This document shows, one piece after another, positions 47,007-56,830 of a DNA stretch of 64,000 nucleotides. Within the stretch, counting starts at the first letter, position 1, and every line of letters starts with the position of its first letter. Both the position numbers and the translations under genes were made by a program. The DNA comes from an uncultured Candidatus Saccharibacteria bacterium (lineage in GTDB: Bacteria > Patescibacteriota > Minisyncoccia > Phycocordibacterales > PALSA-1337), in assembly GCA_964416985.1 (NCBI GenBank), contig CAYQFS010000001.1:83413-147412 (forward strand). The letters run 5' to 3'. The notes beneath the pieces are model-generated. The model was given only the letters and a program-made list of their open reading frames with translations. It did no database searches and had not been told where the DNA came from.

Positions 47007-47703
47007 ATATATATACGTCGTCGAGAAAAATATTCAGGAGACCTACGATGTCTCCACTCTCGAATTGCATGTTTTAAATGAAAAACTTCCTCGCTATGTT
47101 GCGGGGCAGTACATTACTGTATATTTTCCTCAGAGCGGAACTCCAGAAGGAAAGGCATACAGCATCTCCAATCCACCGGGTTCAACGACTTTGAACATCA
47201 GTGTAAAATCAATGGGAGAATTTTCGAGGAAACTCGTAGCCCTTCGTCGTGGCGATACTGTTACTGGTTCGCTCCCGTACGGATATTTTTTTAGTGAATC
47301 ACTCGAAATACCTCTTGTGCTCATTGCTGCTGGGATTGGTATTTCTCCGTTCAGGTCGATCATTTTTGATGCAATTTCGAAAAATCCTTTACGGCAAATC
47401 ACGCTTCTTTACAGTAGTAAGACTGCTGGTGATATTATTTTCCGGGAGGAATTTGATACACTACATTCTTTGCAAGCAAACTTTAAAGTGAGGTATTTCC
47501 TGACACGTGAGACGACCAACCATCAAAACATTACATGCTCGAGAATTGACGAGAAAGCTCTCGAAAAATATCGAAGTCCAAGCAATGAAGCAGAATACAT
47601 GATCTGCGGAAGTATTTCATTTACTCGTGACATGTGGAAGTTACTCAAAAGGATCGGAGTTTTAGAAGAGAAAATCTACACCGAAGCGTTCTTTTCCCAT
47701 TAG
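46987..47703 (+). CDS. FAD/NAD(P)-binding oxidoreductase (ferredoxin-NADP reductase-like)
   Basis: FAD-binding R.YS motif (GKAYSISNPP) and NAD(P)-binding GxGxxP motif (LIAAGIGISPFRS). Start chosen at MKQTENK, overlapping the iscU stop (ORF-track start 46867 rejected). Confidence 0.7.
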   Translation: MKQTENKYIYVVEKNIQETYDVSTLELHVLNEKLPRYVAGQYITVYFPQSGTPEGKAYSISNPPGSTTLNISVKSMGEFSRKLVALRRGDTVTGSLPYGYFFSESLEIPLVLIAAGIGISPFRSIIFDAISKNPLRQITLLYSSKTAGDIIFREEFDTLHSLQANFKVRYFLTRETTNHQNITCSRIDEKALEKYRSPSNEAEYMICGSISFTRDMWKLLKRIGVLEEKIYTEAFFSH

Positions 47704-48335
47704 TGCGCCACTGTTATTGTCTGAACATCTTCATATCCTGCCCGAAGAAGTGTTTCCCGAGCTTCTTTTGCGGTGCTTCCTGTCGTCACAACATCGTCGA
47801 TGAGAATTATTTTCTCTTCGATCAGAGTCCTAGTAACGGCAGTTTCTGTAACAGTGAAAATATTTTTTGCATCCTCAATTCTTTCAGCGCGACCCTTCAG
47901 AGTTTGTCTCTCAATATGTTTTGAACGGACAAGTAGTTCGTAATTTTTGGCAAATCTTTTTTCTGAGTCTAATGTAATAATCTCATCAATAATTAGCTCA
48001 CACTGGTTGTAGCCCCTTTCTCGTCTGCGCTTTTTTGAAATGGGAATGGGAATGAGAGTAATGGGGCACGAAAACTCAGAAAGCTTTTTATATAGAGCAT
48101 ATGCAGCGATCCGAGCAGCGTGCCTGTTTTTCTTGTATTTAATTTGCCAAACGAGTTCACGGACGAGAGGATCTTTGTAAGCAAAAAGGGGGAAAATGAA
48201 GGAATAAGGGGGCGGCGGGGCTTTCGAGGCTTTTTTCTCGAAATTTTCGGGTGAAAGGGAACGAATTAGGAGCTCCTTCTCTGATGGAGGAAAGAAAATG
48301 TCGATAATGAATACAAATGCCTTGTGCATCTGCAT
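47700..48335 (-). CDS. comFC: ComF family protein (competence-associated phosphoribosyltransferase domain)
   Basis: C-terminal PRTase motif IILIDDVVTTGST. Lacks the N-terminal Cys zinc ribbon. Confidence 0.7.
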   Translation of the reverse strand: MQMHKAFVFIIDIFFPPSEKELLIRSLSPENFEKKASKAPPPPYSFIFPLFAYKDPLVRELVWQIKYKKNRHAARIAAYALYKKLSEFSCPITLIPIPISKKRRRERGYNQCELIIDEIITLDSEKRFAKNYELLVRSKHIERQTLKGRAERIEDAKNIFTVTETAVTRTLIEEKIILIDDVVTTGSTAKEARETLLRAGYEDVQTITVAH

Positions 48336-48410
48336 ACCTTAGCAAACTGAAATGAAGAAAAAATAAAATTCTAGCAGTGGAGGGTTGATTCGTGTGATAT
48401 AATTAAAACC

Positions 48411-49520
48411 ATGAGTCTTGGCAGTCTATTTTCCTTTTTTTCCAAAAAAGACCGAAGCGTCCTTGGTATCGACATCGGTTCTTCAGCTATAAAGATCGTC
48501 CAGATCAAGCGTAAGCGGGGAAGGGCTGTTCTCGAGACGTATGGAGAGCTTGCTCTCGGTCCTTACGCCGGCATCGAAGTTGGTCGTTCAACAAGTCTTG
48601 CTAATGATAAGTTAATTGAGGCTCTCAAGGATATTCTTCGCGAAGCAAAAACTACGACAGTTTCAGCGGGAGTAGCACTACCTCTTTCATCGAGCCTCAT
48701 TTCCTTCATTACCCTCCCTCAAGTCCCTGATAATAAAATGGCAGAAGTCATTTCGATTGAAGCTCGAAAGTATATTCCTGTACCGATGAATGAGGTAATG
48801 CTCGACTGGTCTCCAATTCCTCGCGAAGAAGCCTTCAATACGGATGATGATCCAAAAAAAGACATAAAACAGCAGACTCAAGATGTGCTTATTGTTGCGA
48901 TTCATAACGAATACATAAGCAACTACCAAACAATCATGGCCGGGACAGGAATTTCTCCCTCATTTTATGAGATTGAACTCTTCAGTTCCATTCGTGCGGT
49001 GGTCGATCAGGGAATTCAGGCAGTGATGGTTATTGATATGGGTGCTCATGCTACAAAGCTTTATATTATCGAGCGTGGAATACTTAGATCATCACATATC
49101 ATCAACAAGGGCGGGCAGGACATCACTCTTGCTCTCTCAAAATCGTTGAGTATTAGTGTAAATGAAGCGGAAAATATGAAACGGGCTTACGGGCTCAAGG
49201 GAGGACCTGAGTACAAAGAGCTTACGGAAATTGTGACGGTCAATCTCGACTATGTTTTCTACGAAGCAAATGCAACCCTTCTTAATTATCAGAGAAAATC
49301 AATGAAAAATATTTCGAAAGTCATTCTCACAGGAGGGGGAGTGCTTCTCAAGGGATTTACTGATCTTGCAAAGATAAGTTTCCAGACGGAAGTGGTGTAC
49401 GCAGATCCATTTGGGAAATTGGAGACCCCCGCTTTTCTTGTCGAGCAACTCTCACAAGCTGGACCTGAATTTGCTGTGGCGATAGGCGCTGCCCTGAGGA
49501 GACTTTCTGAAGTTCAATAG
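48411..49520 (+). CDS. pilM: type IV pilus assembly protein PilM (actin-like ATPase fold)
   Basis: LGIDIGSSAIKIVQI... is a PilM hallmark. 369 aa. Confidence 0.88.
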   Translation: MSLGSLFSFFSKKDRSVLGIDIGSSAIKIVQIKRKRGRAVLETYGELALGPYAGIEVGRSTSLANDKLIEALKDILREAKTTTVSAGVALPLSSSLISFITLPQVPDNKMAEVISIEARKYIPVPMNEVMLDWSPIPREEAFNTDDDPKKDIKQQTQDVLIVAIHNEYISNYQTIMAGTGISPSFYEIELFSSIRAVVDQGIQAVMVIDMGAHATKLYIIERGILRSSHIINKGGQDITLALSKSLSISVNEAENMKRAYGLKGGPEYKELTEIVTVNLDYVFYEANATLLNYQRKSMKNISKVILTGGGVLLKGFTDLAKISFQTEVVYADPFGKLETPAFLVEQLSQAGPEFAVAIGAALRRLSEVQ

Positions 49521-49578
49521 ATATACACAGGATGGGGAATGCGGTCGCACCCCTTCTGTACTATAATTAGGGAGAATC

Positions 49579-50292
49579 TTGTATTCCCAAAGCCTTTTAA
49601 TAATGGAAACCAAATTTCAAACATCGTTCATTCCAAAGAAACCTCTCATCACTGGTGAGCGGCCACGAAGTCCTGTTGGAGTGAGTATTTTTATGGGACT
49701 TGCCGTCGTTCTCTTTGTCGCGTCTCTTGCGGGTGCAGGCTTTGTCTTTGCTTGGAAAAGTCTTCTTATTGACAGTCAGAAAAAATACCAGATCGAACTC
49801 ACTGAGCAGGAGAAAAGATTTAAACCAGAAGAAATAGAACGCCTCAAAAAGAAGAATATTCGCATTGATTTTGCGAAGGAACTTCTAAAGAATCATCTTT
49901 CTGTTTCTGAAATCTTTACCATCATTGGTGGATTGACGATCGATGGTGTTCGTTTTGCGAGCCTCGACTACTCTGGCCCTGATCCGAAGTCCCAGAATGG
50001 AGGAAACCTAGCAAAAATTTCAATGAAGGGATTGGCAAATAGCTTCTCGAGTATTGCGTGGCAGTCAGATGTTTTTGGAAATTCACAAAAATATGGAACG
50101 AACAAGATCTTGAAGAATCCAGTTCTCTCGGATCTTGCGGTCGATGCGACGGGAAATGTCGGTTTCTCTTTTGCGGCAAACATTGATCCAGCTGACATTT
50201 CATATGAGAAAACTTTGGTCGAAAAACTTCAGTCGGAAGGACTCATTGTTCCTCCTCCTGCAAGTGCTGGAGCTTCATCAACACCACAATAA
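49579..50292 (+). CDS. pilN: PilN-like pilus assembly protein
   Basis: Single N-terminal TM plus periplasmic domain, following pilM. Confidence 0.6.
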   Translation: MYSQSLLIMETKFQTSFIPKKPLITGERPRSPVGVSIFMGLAVVLFVASLAGAGFVFAWKSLLIDSQKKYQIELTEQEKRFKPEEIERLKKKNIRIDFAKELLKNHLSVSEIFTIIGGLTIDGVRFASLDYSGPDPKSQNGGNLAKISMKGLANSFSSIAWQSDVFGNSQKYGTNKILKNPVLSDLAVDATGNVGFSFAANIDPADISYEKTLVEKLQSEGLIVPPPASAGASSTPQ

Positions 50293-50295
50293 TTT

Positions 50296-50865
50296 ATGAG
50301 CAAAAACATTACAGCACTTATACTCATAGTTCTCGCCATAGGGACTTACTTTACATTTACCAAGAACAAGCTCAATGAATTGGCTGCTATTAAGGCTGTA
50401 AATGCCGAGTACAAGACAGCTATTGATAATGCAAATCGCCTCGTTGCTATTCGAGAAAAGGTGGTAAAGGATGACATCAATATCTCAGAATCGGATAATA
50501 TTCGTCTCGCAAAGATTCTTCCAGACAATGTTGACAATGTTCGCCTTATTATCGATGTAAAAGACAATATTGCAGCTCGCCACGGACTTTTTTTGAAGGG
50601 AATAAAGACGAGCTCTCCGACCGACGTTGCTCAGAATTCAAGTGAAAACAGGGGGGTTGCCGAGGCCATTGCAAATGGATATGGGACAGTTAGTCTCTCT
50701 TTCTCTGTTACGACAAATTACCAAACCTTCCTCGATTTCATGCAGGATCTCGAGGCGAGCCTCCGCATCATGGATATTTCCAAGCTCAACGTGATTGCGA
50801 GTGAGGGAGGAAACGGTTCGTATGATTTTAATGTCGAGGTGAAGACCTACTGGCTCAAGCAATAA
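50296..50865 (+). CDS. pilO: PilO-like pilus assembly protein
   Basis: N-terminal TM, coiled coil, periplasmic domain, in conserved synteny. Confidence 0.55.
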   Translation: MSKNITALILIVLAIGTYFTFTKNKLNELAAIKAVNAEYKTAIDNANRLVAIREKVVKDDINISESDNIRLAKILPDNVDNVRLIIDVKDNIAARHGLFLKGIKTSSPTDVAQNSSENRGVAEAIANGYGTVSLSFSVTTNYQTFLDFMQDLEASLRIMDISKLNVIASEGGNGSYDFNVEVKTYWLKQ

Positions 50866-50870
50866 CACAT

Positions 50871-51215
50871 ATGTCATCATCAAAGAAAAATAGTATCGTA
50901 ATTATCATTCTTGTAGTACTTGCAGGGTTTGCTTACTTTTACTTTACAGGAGATCCGACAGACCCATCTGCTCTTGCTCCGGAGGCATCTCCTGAGGCTG
51001 CGGCCTCGGTCGCCGAGGCCGCCCATGTGCTTTCTCTCTTGAACCAGATTCAGTCAATTCACATTGATACAAAGTTTTTTGAGTCGACGGTTTTCAAATC
51101 ACTTGTCGATAACATGGTCGTTGTCCCTGAACAAAATGTTGGAAGGCCAAATCCCTTCGTTGCTGTCCCGGGAGCATTTGCTGCGCCAGCTCAGCCTTCG
51201 GCTCCGCGACGCTAG
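50871..51215 (+). CDS. small membrane-anchored protein in pil operon (PilP-like?)
   Basis: N-terminal TM, Ala/Pro-rich linker, short C-terminal domain. Confidence 0.4.
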   Translation: MSSSKKNSIVIIILVVLAGFAYFYFTGDPTDPSALAPEASPEAAASVAEAAHVLSLLNQIQSIHIDTKFFESTVFKSLVDNMVVVPEQNVGRPNPFVAVPGAFAAPAQPSAPRR

Positions 51216-51227
51216 CCTTATTTATAT

Positions 51228-52943
51228 ATGAGCATAACAGACGTACTTCTCAGTAAAAATCTTATCTCAAAAGATGATATTCGGGAGATCAAGAGAAGAA
51301 TGGGAGAGGGAGATTCTCTCGATCAGATTCTCATTGAACGTGGGGTAAAAGTAGAGGACATCCTTGCTGCACGAGGAGAATTTTTGAACATCCCTGTCCG
51401 AAGTCTCGGAGATACGTCGGTCCCCTTTGAGGCACTCGAATATATTCCTGAGGAATCGGCCGCACACTATCGTTTTGTTCCAATCGGAATTAAAGAAGGG
51501 ATGCTCGAGGTTGGAATCGTGGATCCTGATAATATCGAAGCCCGTGACGCCCTCAATTTCATTGCTGCAAAGAACAATATTCCTTATAAGATTTATATCA
51601 TCAGTCTCGATGATTACAACAAGGTCATTGAATCCTACAAAGGTCTTTCAGGAGAAGTTTCAAAGGCGCTTTCTGAGCTTGAGACGGTTCTTTCGGTCGA
51701 CACTGAAGGAACAATTGATACAAAAAAATCGAAAACAGATCCAAAGTCCGAAGCCTTCATCATTGAGGACGCTCCTGTTGTAAAGATTGTGGCGACTATC
51801 GTTCGATATGCAACCGAAGGAAATGCTTCCGACGTTCATATTGAGCATATGCACGACAAAGTCCGTGTTCGTTTCCGTGTTGATGGAACATTGAACACAA
51901 GCCTCGTTCTTCCTCCACAGGTTCACAGTGCAGTCATTGCTCGTATCAAGGTGCTTTCGAACATGAAGCTTGATGAAAAGCGAAAGCCTCAGGACGGACG
52001 ATTCTCCGCGCGAATCGATGGAAGAAAAATAGACTTCCGTGTTTCGACATTCCCAGCATACTACGGTGAAAAGATCGTGATGCGAATCCTCGATCAGGAA
52101 AAAGGTGTAAAGAAACTCGACGACATGGGTCTCACAAAGAAAAATGTCGATCTCATTCGGGAAGCTATCGGCCGCCCATATGGGCTCATTCTCATAACTG
52201 GTCCTACAGGATCCGGAAAGTCTACAACTCTCTATTCGATGCTCAATGAGGTCGACAAGGAAGGTTCAAATGTACTTTCCCTCGAAGATCCGATCGAATA
52301 TAACATGGAAGGCGTGAGTCAGTCGCAAGTTCATCCTGAAATTGGTTATACATTTGCATCTGGACTAAGAACGACACTACGTCAGGACCCAGACATTATC
52401 ATGGTGGGTGAGATCCGAGATAAAGAGACGGCACAGCTTGCGGTACAAGCTGCTCTTACCGGTCACCTCGTGTTCTCGACACTTCACACCAACAACGCTG
52501 CTGGAGTTATTCCTCGTCTCATTGACATGGGAGTTGATCCCTACCTCATCGCACCAACACTCATTCTTGCAGTTGCTCAGCGTCTCGTAAGTCTCCTTTG
52601 TCCTGGTGGAGGAAAGCCGATACCTGTTGAGGGAAGTATCAAACTTCTCATTGACAGGCAGTTTGCCGATATTCCTGAACAATTTAAGAAGGACATTCCA
52701 TTTACTGATACAGTTTACCAGGCTTCACCAACTCCCGATTGCCCAAAGGGAATTAGAGGAAGAACTGCTGTGTTTGAAGGTTTCAAGATGGATAAGGATA
52801 TTGAAGCGGCGATTCTCAAATCTCCGACAGAGCTTGAAATCTCAAGAATTCTTCGCCAAAAAGGAATGCTTACTATGAGAGAAGATGCCATGCTCAAGGC
52901 TTTCCAAAAGCTCATTCCTTTTGAGGAGGTTAACAAGTTGTAA
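51228..52943 (+). CDS. pilB: type IV pilus assembly ATPase PilB (GspE family)
   Basis: Walker A GPTGSGKSTT; Asp and His boxes; tetracysteine region (CPGGG...C). Confidence 0.92.
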   Translation: MSITDVLLSKNLISKDDIREIKRRMGEGDSLDQILIERGVKVEDILAARGEFLNIPVRSLGDTSVPFEALEYIPEESAAHYRFVPIGIKEGMLEVGIVDPDNIEARDALNFIAAKNNIPYKIYIISLDDYNKVIESYKGLSGEVSKALSELETVLSVDTEGTIDTKKSKTDPKSEAFIIEDAPVVKIVATIVRYATEGNASDVHIEHMHDKVRVRFRVDGTLNTSLVLPPQVHSAVIARIKVLSNMKLDEKRKPQDGRFSARIDGRKIDFRVSTFPAYYGEKIVMRILDQEKGVKKLDDMGLTKKNVDLIREAIGRPYGLILITGPTGSGKSTTLYSMLNEVDKEGSNVLSLEDPIEYNMEGVSQSQVHPEIGYTFASGLRTTLRQDPDIIMVGEIRDKETAQLAVQAALTGHLVFSTLHTNNAAGVIPRLIDMGVDPYLIAPTLILAVAQRLVSLLCPGGGKPIPVEGSIKLLIDRQFADIPEQFKKDIPFTDTVYQASPTPDCPKGIRGRTAVFEGFKMDKDIEAAILKSPTELEISRILRQKGMLTMREDAMLKAFQKLIPFEEVNKL

Positions 52944-52981
52944 TGGAGAGGTGGTAACGACTCCTGTGATATAATAAACAC

Positions 52982-53386
52982 ATGGAAATTTCTGAAACAA
53001 CAAAACCACGATCAATCCTCTTCGTCGATGATGACAAATTTCTCCTCGATATGTATGCTTTGAAGTTTTCAAAGAATAATTTTGAGGTAAAGACTGCGGA
53101 GGGTCCGGAAGCTGCCCTCAAGATCATCCATGACGGCTTTGAACCCGATATTCTTCTTGTCGACGTTGTCATGCCTGGCATGGACGGTATCGAATTTCTT
53201 TCAATCATTCGAAAAGAGGAGCTTCTCAAGAAATCAATCATCATTATGCTTACAAATCAGGGTCTTCCTGACGATATTGCTCGGGCAAAGAAGCTCAATG
53301 TCGACGGATACATCATCAAGGCCACAACCATTCCATCCGAAGTCCTTGAGGAGGTAAATAAGATCGTTCGATCTACCAAAAAATAA
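52982..53386 (+). CDS. single-domain response regulator (CheY-like receiver)
   Basis: ILFVDDDKFLLDM..., phospho-acceptor Asp in LLVDVVMPGMDG, conserved Thr/Lys region. Confidence 0.85.
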   Translation: MEISETTKPRSILFVDDDKFLLDMYALKFSKNNFEVKTAEGPEAALKIIHDGFEPDILLVDVVMPGMDGIEFLSIIRKEELLKKSIIIMLTNQGLPDDIARAKKLNVDGYIIKATTIPSEVLEEVNKIVRSTKK

Positions 53387-53403
53387 TCTAATCAACAAAC
53401 AGC

Positions 53404-54462
53404 ATGGAATATAAAAAAGAAATTGAGGAACTTGTAGCGACAGTTGTCCATGAGGGCGCTTCCGATCTCCATCTTTCGGAGGGGAGGAATCCCCTTATTC
53501 GTGTTTCTGGTGGGCTTATACCTCTTATAAAGAGGCCAGTTCTTACCAATACTGACATGCTTGGATTTATCCAGGAGTTTTTGAGTGAAAAGAATAAGAA
53601 GATTCTCGAAACTGCACGATCGGCTGATTTTTCATATGGACTTCCCGACGTCCGCTTTCGAGGAAATGTTTTTTATCATCAAAACCAACTTTCCATTGCT
53701 CTCCGTCTTATTCCTAAAAGCATACGGACACTTGCCGAGCTCAATCTTCCTCCAATTCTCGAGTCATTTGCCCGAAAACAGCAGGGATTTTTCCTCTGCG
53801 TGGGGCCAATCGGCCAAGGAAAGACGACAACTCTCGCCGCACTTATTGAAATAATAAACCAGACTCGAACAGAGCATATTCTGACCATTGAAGACCCTGT
53901 CGAGTATCTTTATGAATCCAAAAAGTCTATTATTGACCAGAGAGAAGTGGGGACGGATGCTCCGGATTTTAACAGTGCGCTTGTGGCAATGTTCCGAGAG
54001 GATATTGACGTTTGTCTCGTGGGAGAAATGAGAGACACCAACACTATTTCCACAGCTGTTACAGCTGCCGAGACCGGTCACCTCATCTTTTCCACACTTC
54101 ACACAAATAATGCCGCCCAGACCATCAACCGTATTATCGACTCGTTTCCACCAGCCCAGCAGGATCAGATCCGCGTTCAGCTTGCTGGATCTCTCACGGG
54201 TATTTTCTCTCAGCGTCTTGTCCCTCGAATCTCAGGAGGTCTCGTTCCAGCATACGAGCTTCTCATCAACAACTCAGCTGTGGCAAACCTCATTCGGGAA
54301 AAAAGAATTCATGAAATTAACACCGTCATAGAGACGAGCTCAAAGGACGGGATGGTTGACATGAATCGATCTTTGGCCGAGCTTGTGCGGGCGGGGGAGA
54401 TTACGGTCGAAAGTGCATATTTGAATTCCCTCAATCCAAAAAATCTCGAAAGAATTATTTAA
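53404..54462 (+). CDS. pilT: twitching motility ATPase PilT
   Basis: Walker A GPIGQGKTTT. PilT-specific AIRNLIRE-like motif (AVANLIREKR). Confidence 0.9.
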   Translation: MEYKKEIEELVATVVHEGASDLHLSEGRNPLIRVSGGLIPLIKRPVLTNTDMLGFIQEFLSEKNKKILETARSADFSYGLPDVRFRGNVFYHQNQLSIALRLIPKSIRTLAELNLPPILESFARKQQGFFLCVGPIGQGKTTTLAALIEIINQTRTEHILTIEDPVEYLYESKKSIIDQREVGTDAPDFNSALVAMFREDIDVCLVGEMRDTNTISTAVTAAETGHLIFSTLHTNNAAQTINRIIDSFPPAQQDQIRVQLAGSLTGIFSQRLVPRISGGLVPAYELLINNSAVANLIREKRIHEINTVIETSSKDGMVDMNRSLAELVRAGEITVESAYLNSLNPKNLERII

Positions 54463-54471
54463 TACACACAT

Positions 54472-55680
54472 ATGCTTTTTAATTACCAAGCAGTTGATGC
54501 GACAGGAGCGGAGAAAAATGGATCAATTGATGCGGTGAATGTTGATATTGCAATCGGGTCTCTCCAGCGCAGAGGTCTTGTCATCACCTCTATTCACGAG
54601 GATAGCAAGGGAGGGGGACTTCTCAGTATGAACCTCGCCTTTTTTGATCGCGTTTCAAACAAAGACGTGGTCATTCTCTCTCGACAGCTCGCAACTCTTT
54701 TTCAAGCACAAGTTTCTGCTCTCCGCATTTTCCGTCTTCTTTCCGGTGAAGCTGAGAACAAGGTTCTTGGGAAAAAGCTTGCAACTATCGCAGACGATCT
54801 CCAGGCCGGAACCTCCATTTCTGCCTCTCTTGCAAAACATCCAAAAGTTTTCTCTGAATTTTATGTAAGTATGGTCAAAGCTGGAGAAGAGTCGGGAAAG
54901 CTCAATGAAACATTCAACTACCTCGCTGATTATCTCGACAGAACCTACGAACTCGCCGGAAAAGCCAAGGGAGCCCTCATTTATCCTGCTTTCGTCATCA
55001 TAACTTTTGTAACCGTTATGATCCTCATGTTTACGGTCGTTATTCCAAAGATCAGCGCAATTCTCGTTGATTCTGGTCAGGATATTCCTATCTATACAAA
55101 AATAATCCTCGGTATGAGCAATTTCCTTGTATCGTATGGTTTTCCTCTCCTCATGGTTGTCATTGTCGGAGGCTTCTTTCTCTTTAGATACACACAGACT
55201 CCATCTGGGACAGAGGCTCTTGACCGAGTGAAGCTCGGCATTCCATACTTGAGCACTCTCTTCCGTAAACTTTACCTCTCTCGTCTAGCTGACAACATGA
55301 ACACTATGCTTGTTTCTGGTATTCCTATGGTTCGCTCTCTCGAACTTACTTCATCAGTTATCAACAATGTTATTTACAAGAGAATCATTTCTGATGCCGT
55401 TGAGGCAGTTAAAGGTGGAAAAGCAATCTCCGAGGCCCTCTCAGGAAATACCGAAATTCCAGGAATTATGATCCAAATGATGAAAGTGGGGGAGGAGACA
55501 GGAGAACTCGGCAGTATTTTGAAGACCCTTGCAGCCTTTTATGCTCGTGAAGTGACAACTGCCGTCGACGCTCTCGTGGATCTTATCGAACCCTTGATGA
55601 TCGTCCTTCTCGGAGCTGGTGTGGCTATTCTTCTCGCTTCCGTCCTTGTTCCTATCTACAATATTGCTTCTGCACAGTAA
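54472..55680 (+). CDS. pilC: type IV pilus inner-membrane platform protein PilC (GspF family)
   Basis: Two GspF repeats, 3 TM. 402 aa. Confidence 0.9.
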   Translation: MLFNYQAVDATGAEKNGSIDAVNVDIAIGSLQRRGLVITSIHEDSKGGGLLSMNLAFFDRVSNKDVVILSRQLATLFQAQVSALRIFRLLSGEAENKVLGKKLATIADDLQAGTSISASLAKHPKVFSEFYVSMVKAGEESGKLNETFNYLADYLDRTYELAGKAKGALIYPAFVIITFVTVMILMFTVVIPKISAILVDSGQDIPIYTKIILGMSNFLVSYGFPLLMVVIVGGFFLFRYTQTPSGTEALDRVKLGIPYLSTLFRKLYLSRLADNMNTMLVSGIPMVRSLELTSSVINNVIYKRIISDAVEAVKGGKAISEALSGNTEIPGIMIQMMKVGEETGELGSILKTLAAFYAREVTTAVDALVDLIEPLMIVLLGAGVAILLASVLVPIYNIASAQ

Positions 55681-55724
55681 GGTAAACGGTTATCCACACG
55701 TTGTATACCCAGTTTTTAAGGGGG

Positions 55725-55733
55725 TGCTATAAT
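55725..55733 (+). promoter_or_regulatory. extended -10 element TGcTATAAT upstream of major pilin gene
   Basis: Seen directly at 55725-55733, ~55 nt upstream of ATG 55788. Confidence 0.45.
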
Positions 55734-55787
55734 TACTGGCATACGTAAGTATTTAAAAGTTATTTATTAGTAATTAAATTAGTTAGT

Positions 55788-56237
55788 ATGAAAAATACAA
55801 ATAAAGGTTTTACATTGATTGAACTTCTCGTGGTCATCGCGATCATCGGTATCTTGTCATCGATCGTCCTCGCGTCGCTCAACACGGCACGAAATAAGGG
55901 ATCAGACGCAGCAGTGAAGGGTAACCTTACAGGAATTCGACCACAGGCTGCTATTATCTATGACAATACTGGATCATACGCGACCCTCTGTTCAGATACA
56001 ACAGTGAGCGCAGCTATCAATGCAGCAAAGAGTGCAGCTGGAATTGCATCAGCAACTAATGTGACCCTTGGTACAGCAGGATCTGCAGGAACAGCAACTT
56101 GCCACGCAAATGGATCAACAGGATGGGCAGTCGAGGTTCCTCAGAAGACATCAGGATTTTTCTGTGTTAATGATGCTGGACTTGCAGCAAGCACATCAGC
56201 CTCAACTCTTGGAGCAAACGAGACAGATTGTCAATAG
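55788..56237 (+). CDS. pilA: type IV pilin (likely major pilin; followed by strong terminator)
   Basis: Class III signal peptide KGFTLIELLVVIAIIGIL (G-1/F+1/E+5). Confidence 0.88.
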   Translation: MKNTNKGFTLIELLVVIAIIGILSSIVLASLNTARNKGSDAAVKGNLTGIRPQAAIIYDNTGSYATLCSDTTVSAAINAAKSAAGIASATNVTLGTAGSAGTATCHANGSTGWAVEVPQKTSGFFCVNDAGLAASTSASTLGANETDCQ

Positions 56238-56256
56238 AAGTTTAGTTGACCTAGAC

Positions 56257-56290
56257 TCAAAACCACTCCATAAGGAGTGGTTTTGTTTTG
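56257..56290 (+). terminator. strong rho-independent terminator after pilA
   Basis: AAAACCACTCC-ataa-GGAGTGGTTTT (11-bp stem) followed by GTTTTGTGTT. Confidence 0.7.
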
Positions 56291-56299
56291 TGTTATAAT
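56291..56299 (+). promoter_or_regulatory. extended -10 TGtTATAAT positioned for a leaderless transcript of the second pilin gene
   Basis: TATAAT ends 6 nt before ATG 56306; the predicted TSS coincides with the A of the ATG. Confidence 0.4.
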
Positions 56300-56305
56300 T
56301 ATCGA

Positions 56306-56788
56306 ATGAAAAATTTTACAAAAGGGTTCACTCTTATTGAATTGTTGGTAGTGATTGCAATTATAGGTATCTTGGCAGCGATTATTTTGCCAGCACTTAA
56401 TTCTGCCCGGCTAAAGAGCGAGGTTGCAAAATATAAAGGAGAAATGGATAATGTTAAAAAAGCAGCCGCTATATTTTTGAGCAACTCTTCAAATTACACA
56501 GGTCTTTTTACAGTAACAGGAAGTCCTGAAATAATCGATGTGGCTAATGCCGATGATACTGTGAAAAACTTGCTTGCAAGTCTTGCTGAAAAATCTTCGG
56601 ATACATCAATCTATGGGGTAGTCTCATCAGATGGAGCTAACTATGCTGTATACGGAAGAATGCCGGGTACTGCATCTTCCACTCTCACAGCAGCAGATAT
56701 CTGGTGTGTGGACAATAATGGTACAGCGAATAATCCATCGATTGATGCTGTAGATCAATTCACCACAGCAGTTTCTGCATGTTGGTAA
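56306..56788 (+). CDS. type IV pilin paralog
   Basis: MKNFTKGFTLIELLVVIAIIGIL. Start moved to Met-7 of the ORF-track frame. Confidence 0.85.
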   Translation: MKNFTKGFTLIELLVVIAIIGILAAIILPALNSARLKSEVAKYKGEMDNVKKAAAIFLSNSSNYTGLFTVTGSPEIIDVANADDTVKNLLASLAEKSSDTSIYGVVSSDGANYAVYGRMPGTASSTLTAADIWCVDNNGTANNPSIDAVDQFTTAVSACW

Positions 56789-56830
56789 GCTCCTCTGCAC
56801 CGCTTTGCTGCCCTATGCTACAATAGAGGC

